DNA of 64,000 nucleotides from Nostoc sp. (GTDB lineage: Bacteria > Cyanobacteriota > Cyanobacteriia > Cyanobacteriales > Nostocaceae), in assembly GCA_036918135.1 (NCBI GenBank), contig JBALDB010000055.1, positions 32,001-96,000 on the forward strand, given 5' to 3'. Position 1 is the first letter of the stretch. Each line of letters begins with the position of its first letter. Positions 10,796 to 22,136 of this stretch are shown one piece after another. Position numbers and translations under genes: made by a program. The notes below the pieces were generated by a model. It saw nothing but the letters and a program-made list of their open reading frames with translations, did no database searches and was not told where the DNA came from.

Positions 10796-11128
10796 TTACT
10801 TTTTGTAACCTACAACTTTTCCAGAATCGTCAAATATAACATCACTCGTCCATAAACACGCATCTACATCAGGAGTGTAGACTGTGCGACCATTAATGCA
10901 ATGACCAGGAACATTACATGGGCCGCAATCTCTTTCAGTAGTAATACCACCGCTACAGGAGATAAATTTAGTTGGGTCTGACGGATGCTGATAGTTTCCG
11001 TCCTTTTTGGCTGAACAATTAAAAGGATCAGAAGTATGTGTCTCTGCATATGCAGGAAGAATTATAATCCCCAAAACCGTTACGAAGATTATAAGACTAC
11101 AGCTAATTAGGTTAATAAATTTTTTCAT
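10796..11128 (-). CDS. Small secreted Cys-rich protein, chitin-binding type-2 (CBM14/peritrophin-A)-like
   Basis: Signal peptide ending AYA; C...DGNYQHPSDPTKFISC...C...VY...ACLW pattern. Confidence 0.65.
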   Translation of the reverse strand: MKKFINLISCSLIIFVTVLGIIILPAYAETHTSDPFNCSAKKDGNYQHPSDPTKFISCSGGITTERDCGPCNVPGHCINGRTVYTPDVDACLWTSDVIFDDSGKVVGYKK

Positions 11129-11301
11129 TGTGGAATTGACTATGTATACAAAAAGCTAAGTAAGTCACTACAAAAGAGTAACAAACACAAGAATTGTTAA
11201 AGAAAAATAAGTTTCTAGAACACCATTTCTCATAAATAAAATTACTTAACCCATCGTTACTGATGGGTTTTGCGCTTTCAATATGTCGGGAAATATGACT
11301 T

Positions 11302-11422
11302 AGGACTTCAAAATAAAAAATATTCTATATTTTTTGTGGGATAGGTGTCCTCACCTGTCCCATATTCAGGGCGGGCAAGATGCCCACCCCACAACAGGGA
11401 TAGTCTATTTTCGGAAAATCCC
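11302..11422. mobile_element. MITE, same TIR family as 10308-10466, with REP-like inner hairpins
   Basis: AGGACTTCAAAATAAAAAATATT...TATTTTCGGAAAATCCC; inner TGTGGGATAGG...CCCACCCCACA. Confidence 0.6.
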
Positions 11423-11806
11423 TTATCTAGAGATATTTCTGCCAGCTTCTGCTGCACTATTGCCTACATCACTAGCAGTGTTTTTAGCGCCCTCTACATA
11501 GCCTGAGCCAAATTGTTTAAAGGCTTCTGCTGACTCTTCTCCAATTTTTTGAAGCCGTTCCCCAGGTTTACCTTTTGTTTCACGAGCTTCTTGATTCCAC
11601 TCACCTGTTGTTTTCGGTCTGCGAGCATCATCTTGCTGTACCTGTTCGCGAACTCTTTCACCTAAGTTTTTGTCAGTGTACCCAGAAGTCATATTCGTGG
11701 TCAGCACTAGAAAACCAACTAAGGCAACAGCTAAAAAACGTTTTACCTCAAGCCCTTTAAGCAGAGAACTGATATGGCCAAAGATGTTAGAAATAAAATT
11801 CGTCAT
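11423..11806 (-). CDS. Hypothetical protein with an N-terminal membrane/signal segment
   Basis: 127-aa ORF with an ATG start, a hydrophobic segment, then RPKTTGEW and a hydrophilic helical tail. Confidence 0.65.
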   Translation of the reverse strand: MTNFISNIFGHISSLLKGLEVKRFLAVALVGFLVLTTNMTSGYTDKNLGERVREQVQQDDARRPKTTGEWNQEARETKGKPGERLQKIGEESAEAFKQFGSGYVEGAKNTASDVGNSAAEAGRNISR

Positions 11807-12619
11807 GGAAAATAGGTTACTTTTTTCAGTACAGATAAAAGACTAACTAGAAATAAATAATTATCCTTCTAACAAAAGACATATCTCAGATATCAAAAAT
11901 CAAAGATTTTTCAATCCTGGGTAATAGATAATTTGTCAAATAAATGAGCTTATTCCAATTAAGCAACGTACTGACGTAAAAAAAGGCAGCCATAACAATC
12001 TTATTTGATTTATTCAAATCACAAGACTGAGATACCCAATCTCTTAAATAACTTGACGATATTATCATTTATAAATGATTAAGTAGCACTATATGCTTGA
12101 GGTAAGAACAATAATTTATAATTCTCAAATTAAGGAAATCTGGAATTTTTCCTTAGCTCTAACTTCTATCTCCATTTTTAGCAAGTACTCTTCAAGCTTG
12201 CTATAACCAGAATTTACCACAGAAGAAAGTCTGATGGCAAGGCACAAAAATCTTTATCACGTGCAAATGAGTGAAATAAGGAACAATACTTTGGAAATAG
12301 GCTGATTTGAGCAGCCACACCAAATTTTTATAACTCGTGCTTGAGATTTATTACTAGATTAAATGTAGCACTTAATACAATTTTAGTGCTACATTTGCTT
12401 TTTAATACAATAAATCTAGTTTAAAAGAATATATGTCTTTAGATATATAAGTTGTATATCTGAAGACATAAAAGCTTGATGTATAAATTTTTGTGGAAAA
12501 TGCATAATTTCTGAAAATTTACTAATAGCAATCAAAAATAACACTATTTTTCGGCTATCGAGACTTAGCCAACATTTTTCTTCTCAACACGATAACTGCT
12601 TGAGGTGGAAAGCTAAAAA

Positions 12620-15355
12620 ATGAAATACTGGATCGGTAAGTTAATAATATTTATAGTATTATTGTACAACTTGTTACTAGTGACAGATTACGCAAGAGCT
12701 AGCCAACTTTCAAATATTGATGTGCAGTCATTAAATGCACTCTCAGTAATTGAAAACTTAGCAAGTGCTGACAATAATTTTGGCAACAGTAAAAAAGCAG
12801 GTTTTCGTCGGTTCAGTGAAATAGTCAAAAAGTCAGGTAAATTAGAGGGACTTTTTACACTTTATTGTAATGATGACTCAAGCAAGATTTACTTAGAAAT
12901 TAAACCAGAGCAACTAAATAAGAATTATTTAGCTACAATCACATTAGAATCGGGCATTGGTGAAAGTGGGATTTATAGTGGATTACCTCTTGCTGATTTT
13001 CTATTTTATTTCCGACAAATAAATAATAAATTGCATTTTGTGATTCGGAATGTGAAATTTCGTACGGAAAGTATTACAGAACAGCGATCGCTTGCTCGTT
13101 CGTTTAGCGACTCAGTTATTTATTCGTTAGAAATTCATAGTATTCATCCATTTAGTAAAAATATTTTGCTCGACCTGGATGATCTGTTAATGCAGGATTT
13201 TCCGGGACTAACTCCTTTATTAAAATACTCTTTGCAAGCTGATTATCAGTTGGAACCAAGTAAGTCTTATTTTGGTGATGTCAACAGCTTCCCCGAAAAC
13301 GTAGAGATTGATTCGATTTACGGTTTTTCATCATCAGAAGGAGCAAATTTAGTTACCGTACCTGATAGTAGGGCACTCAGTCTCAAGGTACACTACAGTT
13401 TTTCCCAGTTAAGAGAAAACAACGGTTATATTCCTAGACTTGCCGACGACCGCGTAGGATATTTTATTACTGCCTTCCAAGATTTCTCTAGCAATAACTC
13501 TGAAGAAGAATTTGTACGTTACATCAATCGTTGGCATTTAGAACCATCCGACCCTAACATTGTATCTCCACCCAAAAAACCAATTGTATTTTGGATTGAA
13601 AATGCTGTGCCGCTAGAGTATCGGGATGCAATTCGTGAAGGCGTCTTGATGTGGAACAAAGCATTTGAAAAAGCTGGATTCCAAAATGCCATTCAAGTCC
13701 AGCAAATGCCGGATAATGCTGATTGGCAACCAGCGGATGTGCGCTACAACACTATTCGTTGGTTCAATTCTCTGGATGCGGGTTTTGCCAAAGGCCCGAC
13801 CCGCGTTAACCCACTCACAGGAGAAATATTAGATGCAGATATTATGGTTGATGCCAGTATGGTGCGCTCAATTCGGCAAATATACCGCACCTATGTGGAA
13901 TCAAATAACAAGCAATTTAGGAATAGAAACATTACTTTAGCCTCTGAATGCACTGATAGACAATTACCCCAGACTACTAACTTTCTAGCTTTGACTTCCA
14001 CAAGAAATGCTGATATCTGCTATGGTAAAGGACTTGTAAATCAGGCAAATATGGGAGCGCTAGCATTGTCAATTTTACAAAATGCCACACCCAGTAGTGA
14101 AGCCATACAAGAATATGTGCATCAATATTTGCGTTCTCTAATCGCTCATGAAGTCGGGCATACTCTTGGTTTGCGCCACAACTTTCACGGCAGCGCTATG
14201 TTAGCACCTGAAGAGTTAAATAACACTGAAATTACTCACACTAAAGGTTTAGTGGGTTCGGTGATGGACTATCTACCCGTGAACGTAGCACCACAGGGAG
14301 TAGATCAAGGTGACTATTTTCCAAAGATTATTGGCCCTTACGATGAATGGGCAATTGAGTATGGTTATAAAATAAACCCATCAGCAAAAATTGAGCCAAT
14401 GATTCCAGAAACGGAAAAAAGTTTTTTGGAAAAGATTGCTTTAGCCTCACCTCAACCAGAATTATCTTACGCAACAGATGAAGACATCTTAGACGTTAAT
14501 CCCCTAGCAAATGTTTGGGATATGAGTAATGATGTTTTAGTTTATTCTCAGTGGCAAATGGATAATGCCCGCGTTATGTGGCAACGCCTAGAAAAGGGTT
14601 ATTTATCACCGGGAGAAAGTTACAGCAATTTGCGCGTTTTATTCGATAGAGTACTTCTATATTATTTTAGTAATGCTAAATTGCTCTCTCAATACATTGG
14701 TGGGCAATCGTTTCGGCGTCTTCATGCTGGTGATGATAGTTCCTGGGCATTTGTACCAGTTTCATTATTCAAACAACGTCAAGCATTGACTAAATTACAA
14801 GAATATGTATTTGCTGATAATGCTTTTAATTTCTCAGCACAATTGTTGAATCAGTTAGCACCATCGCGTTGGCAACATTGGGGTAGTTTTGTACCCAATT
14901 ATCGCCTTGATTATCCGATTCACGATCGCATTTTGAATTTCCAAACTGCGATATTGCGATCGCTATTAGATAGCGATCGCTTAAATCGGTTACAAGATAT
15001 AGAATTAAAAACCCAGCCTGGACAAGCACTTACTATTCCAGAATTATTCGACACCTTACAAACAAGCATCTGGACAGAAGTTTTAACCCCAAGAGAATTC
15101 AAGTCAATTTCTAGCATCCGCCGTTCATTGCAACGAGAATATTTGAATATTTTGCTAGCAATTATGTTGCATACTACTGATGCGCCTGAAGATGGTCGGA
15201 CACTGGCTTGGTATAAATTGCACCAATTGCAAAAAGCGATAGATATCAGACTCAAACAACTGAGTGAAAACATCGATATTTACACCTTAGCTCACTTACA
15301 AGTTTCTGGCGATCGCATTAATAAAGCATTACACGCACAGTTACTCTCGAATTAG
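12620..15355 (+). CDS. Secreted zinc-dependent metalloprotease (Met-zincin, DUF5117/DUF4953 type)
   Basis: Signal peptide, PRLADDRVGYF, HEVGHTLGLRH zinc motif, SVMDY Met-turn. Confidence 0.9.
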   Translation: MKYWIGKLIIFIVLLYNLLLVTDYARASQLSNIDVQSLNALSVIENLASADNNFGNSKKAGFRRFSEIVKKSGKLEGLFTLYCNDDSSKIYLEIKPEQLNKNYLATITLESGIGESGIYSGLPLADFLFYFRQINNKLHFVIRNVKFRTESITEQRSLARSFSDSVIYSLEIHSIHPFSKNILLDLDDLLMQDFPGLTPLLKYSLQADYQLEPSKSYFGDVNSFPENVEIDSIYGFSSSEGANLVTVPDSRALSLKVHYSFSQLRENNGYIPRLADDRVGYFITAFQDFSSNNSEEEFVRYINRWHLEPSDPNIVSPPKKPIVFWIENAVPLEYRDAIREGVLMWNKAFEKAGFQNAIQVQQMPDNADWQPADVRYNTIRWFNSLDAGFAKGPTRVNPLTGEILDADIMVDASMVRSIRQIYRTYVESNNKQFRNRNITLASECTDRQLPQTTNFLALTSTRNADICYGKGLVNQANMGALALSILQNATPSSEAIQEYVHQYLRSLIAHEVGHTLGLRHNFHGSAMLAPEELNNTEITHTKGLVGSVMDYLPVNVAPQGVDQGDYFPKIIGPYDEWAIEYGYKINPSAKIEPMIPETEKSFLEKIALASPQPELSYATDEDILDVNPLANVWDMSNDVLVYSQWQMDNARVMWQRLEKGYLSPGESYSNLRVLFDRVLLYYFSNAKLLSQYIGGQSFRRLHAGDDSSWAFVPVSLFKQRQALTKLQEYVFADNAFNFSAQLLNQLAPSRWQHWGSFVPNYRLDYPIHDRILNFQTAILRSLLDSDRLNRLQDIELKTQPGQALTIPELFDTLQTSIWTEVLTPREFKSISSIRRSLQREYLNILLAIMLHTTDAPEDGRTLAWYKLHQLQKAIDIRLKQLSENIDIYTLAHLQVSGDRINKALHAQLLSN

Positions 15356-15675
15356 TCATTGAGCGTTGGTTATTAACCATTGATGTATTTATATAGCGAC
15401 GATCCTCTCTTGGAAACCGAACTACATCTACGACAAATAATTTTACTTTTGACATGTTTAGAATGGCTGTGGCGAGATAGAAGTAATTTTTATACACTAG
15501 CAAGACTAGATTTTTGTATTTAAGAACAGTTTTCTAGATAAAATACCAGCGAAACTTAATTTCTTTTCCTAATACTTGTCGCCTTTACCTTTAATACAGT
15601 AAATAGATAAAATAAGATGCTCAATTACTAATAATTTTGATAAATATTTAAATTATTGAAATTATTGTAAAATTA

Positions 15676-15695
15676 TTGACAATAAATCTTATTAA
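15676..15695 (+). promoter_or_regulatory. Putative Fur box
   Basis: TTGACAATAAATCTTATTAA, an AT-rich dyad just upstream of an AraC/TBDT iron-uptake locus. Confidence 0.45.
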
Positions 15696-15716
15696 AGAAG
15701 TTATTAATTGCCAGCT

Positions 15717-16686
15717 ATGACCATTACTCTCACAGAAAATGAAAGTAGCGAACTTTGGGCAGAAACTAAAGTAAACAACCTACAAAACCCAGAGCCGGAT
15801 GAATTTATTTATCAAATGCCAACAATTCTCGGCAAGGGCTATGAGCGAAACATTAAAGTCTATCCTAATCTCCTGCTTACAATTCACGACTTAGAATATC
15901 ACGATGATTTATTGGTGAAATTTCCGGAATCGAATCATCCTCTGCAATTTAGTGTCGATATTTTAGGAGTTAATGCAGACAATATCACTTATTTCTGGTG
16001 CTGGCATTCAACGCTCATGGACTGAGGAGAATCCGAAATTTGAACGAAGTGTGTTTGTTAATATTCATATGCCACCTGAGCTATTGGCAACCTTTTTCCC
16101 GACAGCAGGTGGTGAAATTCCTTGTGAGTTCAGCTTTCTGGTAAAGGGTGATGATTGGCAGACAATGCTACAGCCCAAAAAGACACCTGTTATTAACTCT
16201 GTGGCACAACAAATCATCAATTGTCCCTATCAAGGAATCACCAAGCGGTTGTTTTTGTAGACAAAAGTGCCAGAACTAATCGGGTTGCATTTAACTTCTA
16301 TTCTGGTGGGTCGAGGTGGAGTACAAAGGTCGCCACGACTGAAGCCCGAAACTATCACCCGAATTTATCACGCTAGGGATATTTTGCACTCCCGTCTGGA
16401 AAATCCACCATCGATACTGGAATTAGCGCAACTAGTAGGTGTGAGCCATCGCACTCTCAAACGTGGATTTCGAGAATTGTTTAATACAACGGTATTTGGT
16501 TATGTGACTGATAAACGTATGGAACAAGCAGAACAACTGTTACGTAACAGCCATCTTACTGTTGCCGAAGTTGCCAATTTGGTAGGTTATACCCACCTTG
16601 GACACTTTGCTGCTGCCTTTAAGCACAAGTTTGGCATTTTACCGAGTGAATGTTTATCGGGTAAAAAGTTCTTGACGGGACTATGA
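15717..16686 (+). pseudogene. AraC (PchR-like) regulator, frameshifted with an internal stop
   Basis: Split over three ORF pieces; frameshift near 15975-16000; TAG at 16258-16260; close paralog of 46845-47828. Confidence 0.85.
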
Positions 16687-16795
16687 TGAACCTTTTGGGA
16701 TAGACAAAACCACGAGTCCCACTTTACAGTGTGCTTTATTGCAATTAATAAATATCTGCAATAAGGTTTTTAATCAAAAGTGTGTGAGAAGTGGG

Positions 16796-17492
16796 ATGAA
16801 AAGTTGGCGTTTATCAGCCGATTCCTCCAATTTCGCTGTATGCCAGCTACAGTCGGTCATTTACTCCCAATACTGGAACCGACTTTGAGGGCAATCAATT
16901 TAAGCCAGAGCGCGGTACGTCCTATGAAGTGGGCATCAAAGGTGATATCAGCAATCGGCTGTCTGCGACCCTAGCCTTCTATGACGTAACCCGCTCCAAT
17001 GTTTTGACTACCGATCCCGTCAACATTGATTTTTTGATCCAAACGGGAGAGCAGCGTAGTAAGGGGTTTGAATTCAGCTTGGCTGGTGAAATCTTACCGG
17101 GATGGAACATCATTGCAGGTTACGCTTACACGGATGCAACCGTCACAAAAGACAATGACATTCCCGTTGGCAACCTGCTGAACAATGTGCCGAAACATAG
17201 CTTTAACATCTGGACTAGCTATGAAATTCAAACAGGCAGCTGGAAAGGATTTGGCGTGGGTGCTGGAGTATTTTTCGTTGGTGATAGGCAGGGAGATTTA
17301 GACAATACCTTTGAATTGCCTAGTTATCTCCGTACCGATGCAGCCATCTTCTACAGACGCGATCGATTTAGAGCAGGGGTTAATTTCAAGAATCTGTTTA
17401 ACGTGGACTATTTTGAGTCTGCCATTAGCAGATTGGGTATTTATCCTGGCGATCCGTTTGTCGTTCAGGGAACGGTTTCGTGGCAGTTTTGA
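16796..17492 (+). pseudogene. TBDT with a large internal deletion (start codons joined out of frame to the C-terminal barrel)
   Basis: ATG AAA AGT TGG CGT runs into VYQPIPPISLYASYSRSF (frame from 16809) and ends ...QGTVSWQF. Confidence 0.85.
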
Positions 17493-17513
17493 TTCCCATT
17501 ATCCTCTATCTTT

Positions 17514-19283
17514 ATGAACCGCAAAACTCTGCGTAATTTTGTATTCATCCTCCACCGCTATATTGGCTTAGTCGTGGGAGTGCTGTTAATCATCGCTGGC
17601 TTAACAGGTAGCTTGCTGGTGTTTTCACCTGAAATCGATGAATTTCTGCTCACTCATCAAATTGGACACGTCATTCCCTCTGGACAAAAAATTCCTATTG
17701 AATCAGTCATAAACACTGTAAAAGCAGCCTACAGCAACCAGCCAGAACTCAAAGTAGATCGCATCTATACATCCAAAAAAGCTGATGCTGCCCATGAAGT
17801 GATGCTTGAATCTGCACGGGGGGAAGCTACAGCAGTTTATGTAAATCCTTACACAGGCACAATTATCGGTAGCCGGATGAGCGATCGCACCAAACTCACC
17901 CTAGCAGGTGAATATAAAGAGCGTAACAAAGATAATGGTAATTTTGGTCTTCCATTTGAAGGTACTTTATTACCTAATCCGAATGGCAGACTCCCTCGCA
18001 ATCTTAATCCAGTCTGGCCAGATCCCAAAAGAACAGAAATAAGTAAATATGGAGCTAGTTACGACCTTGAGCATCGTTTTAGCAAAGACTGGCAGCTACG
18101 CAGTCGTTTCCTGTTTTCTCATGATGTAAATGATAGAGCTACAGTCGATCTCGGCGAATTTGCCCCAGATTTCCGTACTGTGGATAGATACTATGGATAC
18201 AATCTAGCCACTAGTGATAACTATAATTTTGACACTTATACAGTTGGCAAATTTCAGACAGGCAGCATTAGGTATCAACTGGTAACTGGCTTTAATTACC
18301 AGTGGGCAGCATACTCAGAGGTTGGTGGCGGTGGTGGACCTTTTGACCAACTCGATCTGTACAACCCCATATATCGTCAACGAGTCAAACTTGGACTAAA
18401 TGATACATACACATTTGCCAATTTATATAAATCAAACTCATATGGCTTTTATATCCAAGATCAACTGACCCTGGCGGAAAATTTAAAACTGGTTTTGGGG
18501 GGACGCTACGATATTGCAAATTCAAAAGCAGGGAATATTGGTGAGGACTTGATTGAGTCCCCACAACAGGAAGCTTTTAGCCCAAGAGTTGGGATCGTCT
18601 ATCAACCAATTGAGCCAGTTTCCCTCTACGCTAGCTACAGTCGCTCATTTACCCCACAAGGTGGACAAGATTTTGATGGTAACTTGTTTCAACCAGAACG
18701 TGGCACACAGTATGAAGTGGGTGTGAAAGTAGATTTGAATGACAAGCTTTCTACAACCCTGGCTTTGTATGATTTAACCCGTTCCAATGTCCTTACTGGC
18801 GATCCCGATCTAGCCCGTCGAAATTTAGGATTTTTTGTTCAAGTTGGCGAACAGCGTAGCCGAGGTATTGAATTTAACGTGTCTGGTGAAATTTTGCCGG
18901 GATGGAACATTATTGCTAACTATGCTTTTACAGATTCAACAATCACAAAAGATAACGACCTTCCAGTTGGTAACGAGCTTGATAACGTAGCAAAACATTC
19001 TGCTACCCTATGGACAACCTACGAAATTCAATCTGGTAGTTTGCAAGGATTAGGCTTTGGAGTCGGAGTATTTTATGTTGGTGAAAGACAAGCACTTCTC
19101 CCCAATGATTCACAATATATATTACCCAGCTATGTCAGCACTGATGCCGCAATTTTTTACAAACGAGACAGGTTCCGTGCTGCACTAAATTTCAAAAACC
19201 TATTTGACTTGTACTATTTTGAGTCTATCGGTCTACTAGGCGATCCATTTACTGTACAAGGTACAGTTTCGTGGGAGCTATAA
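17514..19283 (+). CDS. Chimeric in-frame fusion: PepSY-TM N-terminus + TBDT beta-barrel (no plug); likely non-functional
   Basis: LHRYIGLVVG...VYVNPYTG (PepSY), then SDR encoded by GCGATCGC at 17881-17888, then KLTLAGEY...PNPNG...QGTVSWEL (TBDT). Confidence 0.85.
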   Translation: MNRKTLRNFVFILHRYIGLVVGVLLIIAGLTGSLLVFSPEIDEFLLTHQIGHVIPSGQKIPIESVINTVKAAYSNQPELKVDRIYTSKKADAAHEVMLESARGEATAVYVNPYTGTIIGSRMSDRTKLTLAGEYKERNKDNGNFGLPFEGTLLPNPNGRLPRNLNPVWPDPKRTEISKYGASYDLEHRFSKDWQLRSRFLFSHDVNDRATVDLGEFAPDFRTVDRYYGYNLATSDNYNFDTYTVGKFQTGSIRYQLVTGFNYQWAAYSEVGGGGGPFDQLDLYNPIYRQRVKLGLNDTYTFANLYKSNSYGFYIQDQLTLAENLKLVLGGRYDIANSKAGNIGEDLIESPQQEAFSPRVGIVYQPIEPVSLYASYSRSFTPQGGQDFDGNLFQPERGTQYEVGVKVDLNDKLSTTLALYDLTRSNVLTGDPDLARRNLGFFVQVGEQRSRGIEFNVSGEILPGWNIIANYAFTDSTITKDNDLPVGNELDNVAKHSATLWTTYEIQSGSLQGLGFGVGVFYVGERQALLPNDSQYILPSYVSTDAAIFYKRDRFRAALNFKNLFDLYYFESIGLLGDPFTVQGTVSWEL

Positions 19284-19562
19284 TCCTACGTTTACTTAGG
19301 CGGAGGGGTTCGTTTGATGATTCTCAAATTGCGATCGCCCTTCTAAGAAAAGTTTTTGGTTTACTGATAAAAGCCTTACTGGAGGATTTTCAAAATCATA
19401 CCAGAAGATTCACTCTTTATGGTTCACCTTACTCAGTTTTTGCAGCGTTTGTTTTAACTACGACCGCTTGCTCACATTGAGAGCGATCGCTGCTGAATTG
19501 TTCGGGTAATTCCTATAAAATTATTGCTAATTGCTAGCATTAACTCTATTGTTCGCTGACCT

Positions 19563-19665
19563 TTGCTTGGCAAGTTTAAGACTGGTTCAATTACAGACCA
19601 GGTTTTAGTGGGTTTTGATTTTAACTACTTTAACTGGAGTCATTCTCCTGTATTTGCAAGCCGCA
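19563..19665 (+). pseudogene. Internal TBDT fragment behind an orphan AraC-type upstream motif
   Basis: LGKFKTGSITDQVLVGFDFN; the upstream AAATTATTGCTAATTGCTAGCATTAA matches 46793-46818. Confidence 0.6.
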
Positions 19666-19668
19666 TCC

Positions 19669-21078
19669 TCAAGGTAACTGAGTTAATTTCGGTTGGTCTA
19701 GATATGTATACACCAATTGAGAAACTTGACGAACAAAATCCCTTCCTCTAATGTCATTGTAAGGTCTTCTCACAAAAATTCCTGCTAAGTAACGCTTGCC
19801 ATTAGGCATCTCAACAATACCTGCATCTCCAATTACAAACCCTATGTCCCCTGTTTTGTGAGCAATTAGCGCTCCCGAACCCAAACCAGCAGCCAGCAAC
19901 TTTTTGTTATGGCAATGACTCAAGATGTCTAAAGCCTGAGAGCGACTTCCATCTGAAATTAACTTATGATACTGAATCAATGCTGACAATTTTACTAAAT
20001 CTGCGGGACTAGTAGTATTAGTTCCCTTAAAATCTCCTAGCAAATTACGAATTACAGTATTTTTCAATCCCCAACTGCCAAACCGTTGATTCAGTATTGC
20101 TTTACCACCCAAACGGTCAATAATTATATTTGTGGCAGTATTATCACTGATACCAATCATTTTGTTAATGGTTTGCAGCACAGTCAACTTGGTTCCTACA
20201 CGTTGATACTGCAAGTCTCCAGAACCACTTGCAACTAAATCTCGTCGTATTACCAAGGTGTCATTTAGCTTGACTTGACCAGCGTCTATTTTCTCAAATA
20301 AAGCAATCAGAATTGGGAACTTAATTGTACTAGCAGCGGGAAATACTTTGTCGCCACTAATATCCAAATAGTTACCCGTCTCTAAATCTACAAAAAACAT
20401 TCCTGGCTTTAGGAAACTATAACGAGCCATCAACGCATTAATTTGAGATTTTAGTTGTGGTATTTGCTCACCTAAAGCAACTACCCCAGCAAACATAGAA
20501 GCATTGATTGGTTTAGTGAGTATATCTGGTGGACTAGGCTGATTAATAATTGCAATATCTTGAAGAGGCGCTCTAGTTTGAAATAAGAGAACTTGGGATT
20601 TTTTCTGGAGATTAGGGGTAATGGAAATTGGTGTTTGAGAGGACTGTTCTCCAGTCTCTATTCCCCATTCCACAACCCTCCTCACAGGCATTTTTTCAAT
20701 TGATGATAATTTGACGACCCAATGAGAGTCAGAATCTCCCTTGACTATGACACTTTGGGGAGAGACAGTGTAACCGGATGCTAATTCAATTACGAGTCGG
20801 GTTGTCTGGGGGTCAAGCTGTGCTACCCGAATTTCTCGAATCACTGAACCAAAGCTTTGTTTGGTTGTAGGATAACCCAAAATATTACCTGATAAATCAA
20901 TAACAAGTCTTTTAGGATTATTAATTAAAAAAACTCTCGGTTGGATACCTGAGTCAGTGGTTAAGTCAAGCTGATTTTGAATGGGGTCAAAGTGCCAGGA
21001 TTCTAATCAAGTAGCTCTTGCAGGTGAGGATAGCAGCAAAATGCTAATTAAACTCAGTAAAAACCAGCGTAATTTCAT
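19669..21078 (-). pseudogene. AMIN-domain serine hydrolase (class A beta-lactamase-like) with a TGA at codon 24
   Basis: MKLRWFLL...PARAT*LESWHF..RLVIDL is in frame with PAASTIK, SDN and HKTG; TGA at 21009-21007. Confidence 0.8.
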
Positions 21079-21346
21079 ACAGTATGGTGAGGGTATTGTT
21101 GAATTTACTTATTGTAGATTTTCTCAAATAGTAAATTATATTAGAACTGATTGAGAATCATAAATAAGAAAATATGAAATGTCAAGAATTTTAGATGTCA
21201 ATAAAAAATTATGTAGTGAAGATAGATTATATTTTATATAAGTTAGTATAATTTAATTCACATTCGTTTTAAAAATGGGTGATAAAGCTTTCTCAAATTA
21301 CTATAGAAGCATCTATAAAACTGAGATTTTACTATTGAGAATTAGT

Positions 21347-21778
21347 TTATGTATTTTTATCTGTACAAGGTCTGATTTTCTCTGTTGGTGAAAGATATCC
21401 ACCTTCAACTCCGATAGTTATTCCCCTTGTCTGACGTAACACATTTATCGCTTTCGGACAGTCACAACGAAATTTAGAAATTGCAGCATCGCTCTCCTCA
21501 TCTGTCATATTTAGTTCTATTACCTTTTGATTATCAGTCTGAGTATTATCAGCTTTTGCTATAAATAGGCGATTAAAAGTTGCTAGATGAGCATTTCCGC
21601 TACAGTTTTGGCGTTGACAATTTAAGGTGGCTGTATGAGCATCATTTGTGGAAGTATTTTCAGGTAATTTCTCTTGATTAAGATTATCTGCTTTTGCAGA
21701 TTTTTCTAAGAATAAATTCAGTAGCAACGAAGTAACAAATGTTGAACTGGCAAATAAAATTAGGGGTAGCTTTTTTAC
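21347..21778 (-). CDS. Conserved-looking cyanobacterial secreted hypothetical protein (CDCP motif); start codon unclear
   Basis: EESDAAI..F.CDCP..IN.LRQ.RG; the upstream in-frame signal-like KKLPLILFASS has no ATG/GTG. Confidence 0.5.
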   Translation of the reverse strand, partial: VKKLPLILFASSTFVTSLLLNLFLEKSAKADNLNQEKLPENTSTNDAHTATLNCQRQNCSGNAHLATFNRLFIAKADNTQTDNQKVIELNMTDEESDAAISKFRCDCPKAINVLRQTRGITIGVEGGYLSPTEKIRPCTDKNT

Positions 21779-22136
21779 TACTTTCTTCTAAATATGCGAT
21801 TGGACTGCACAATCTTAACACTTTCAACTTTGAATGTCAGTCTATTTTTATCATCAAAATTAGATTTTAATTATTTCATCAATAAAGATTAATATATTAA
21901 GTACTAATTCTGAAAACCTATTAATAAATATTTTACATTAAGTGATAATTTCCATTAATTATAAATAAATGGAAATAAAGTAAATATATTTTATAGAATT
22001 ACCTACTTTTTAAAATTATTTAAAAAGTTAAAAATTTAATATTTGAGTCTTTGACTTTGCCATTAAATCTTTGTACATTGCAATTGTAACAAAACGTTAA
22101 AAATAGAAAGCTTATTTTTATTTGAGATGAGTATCA

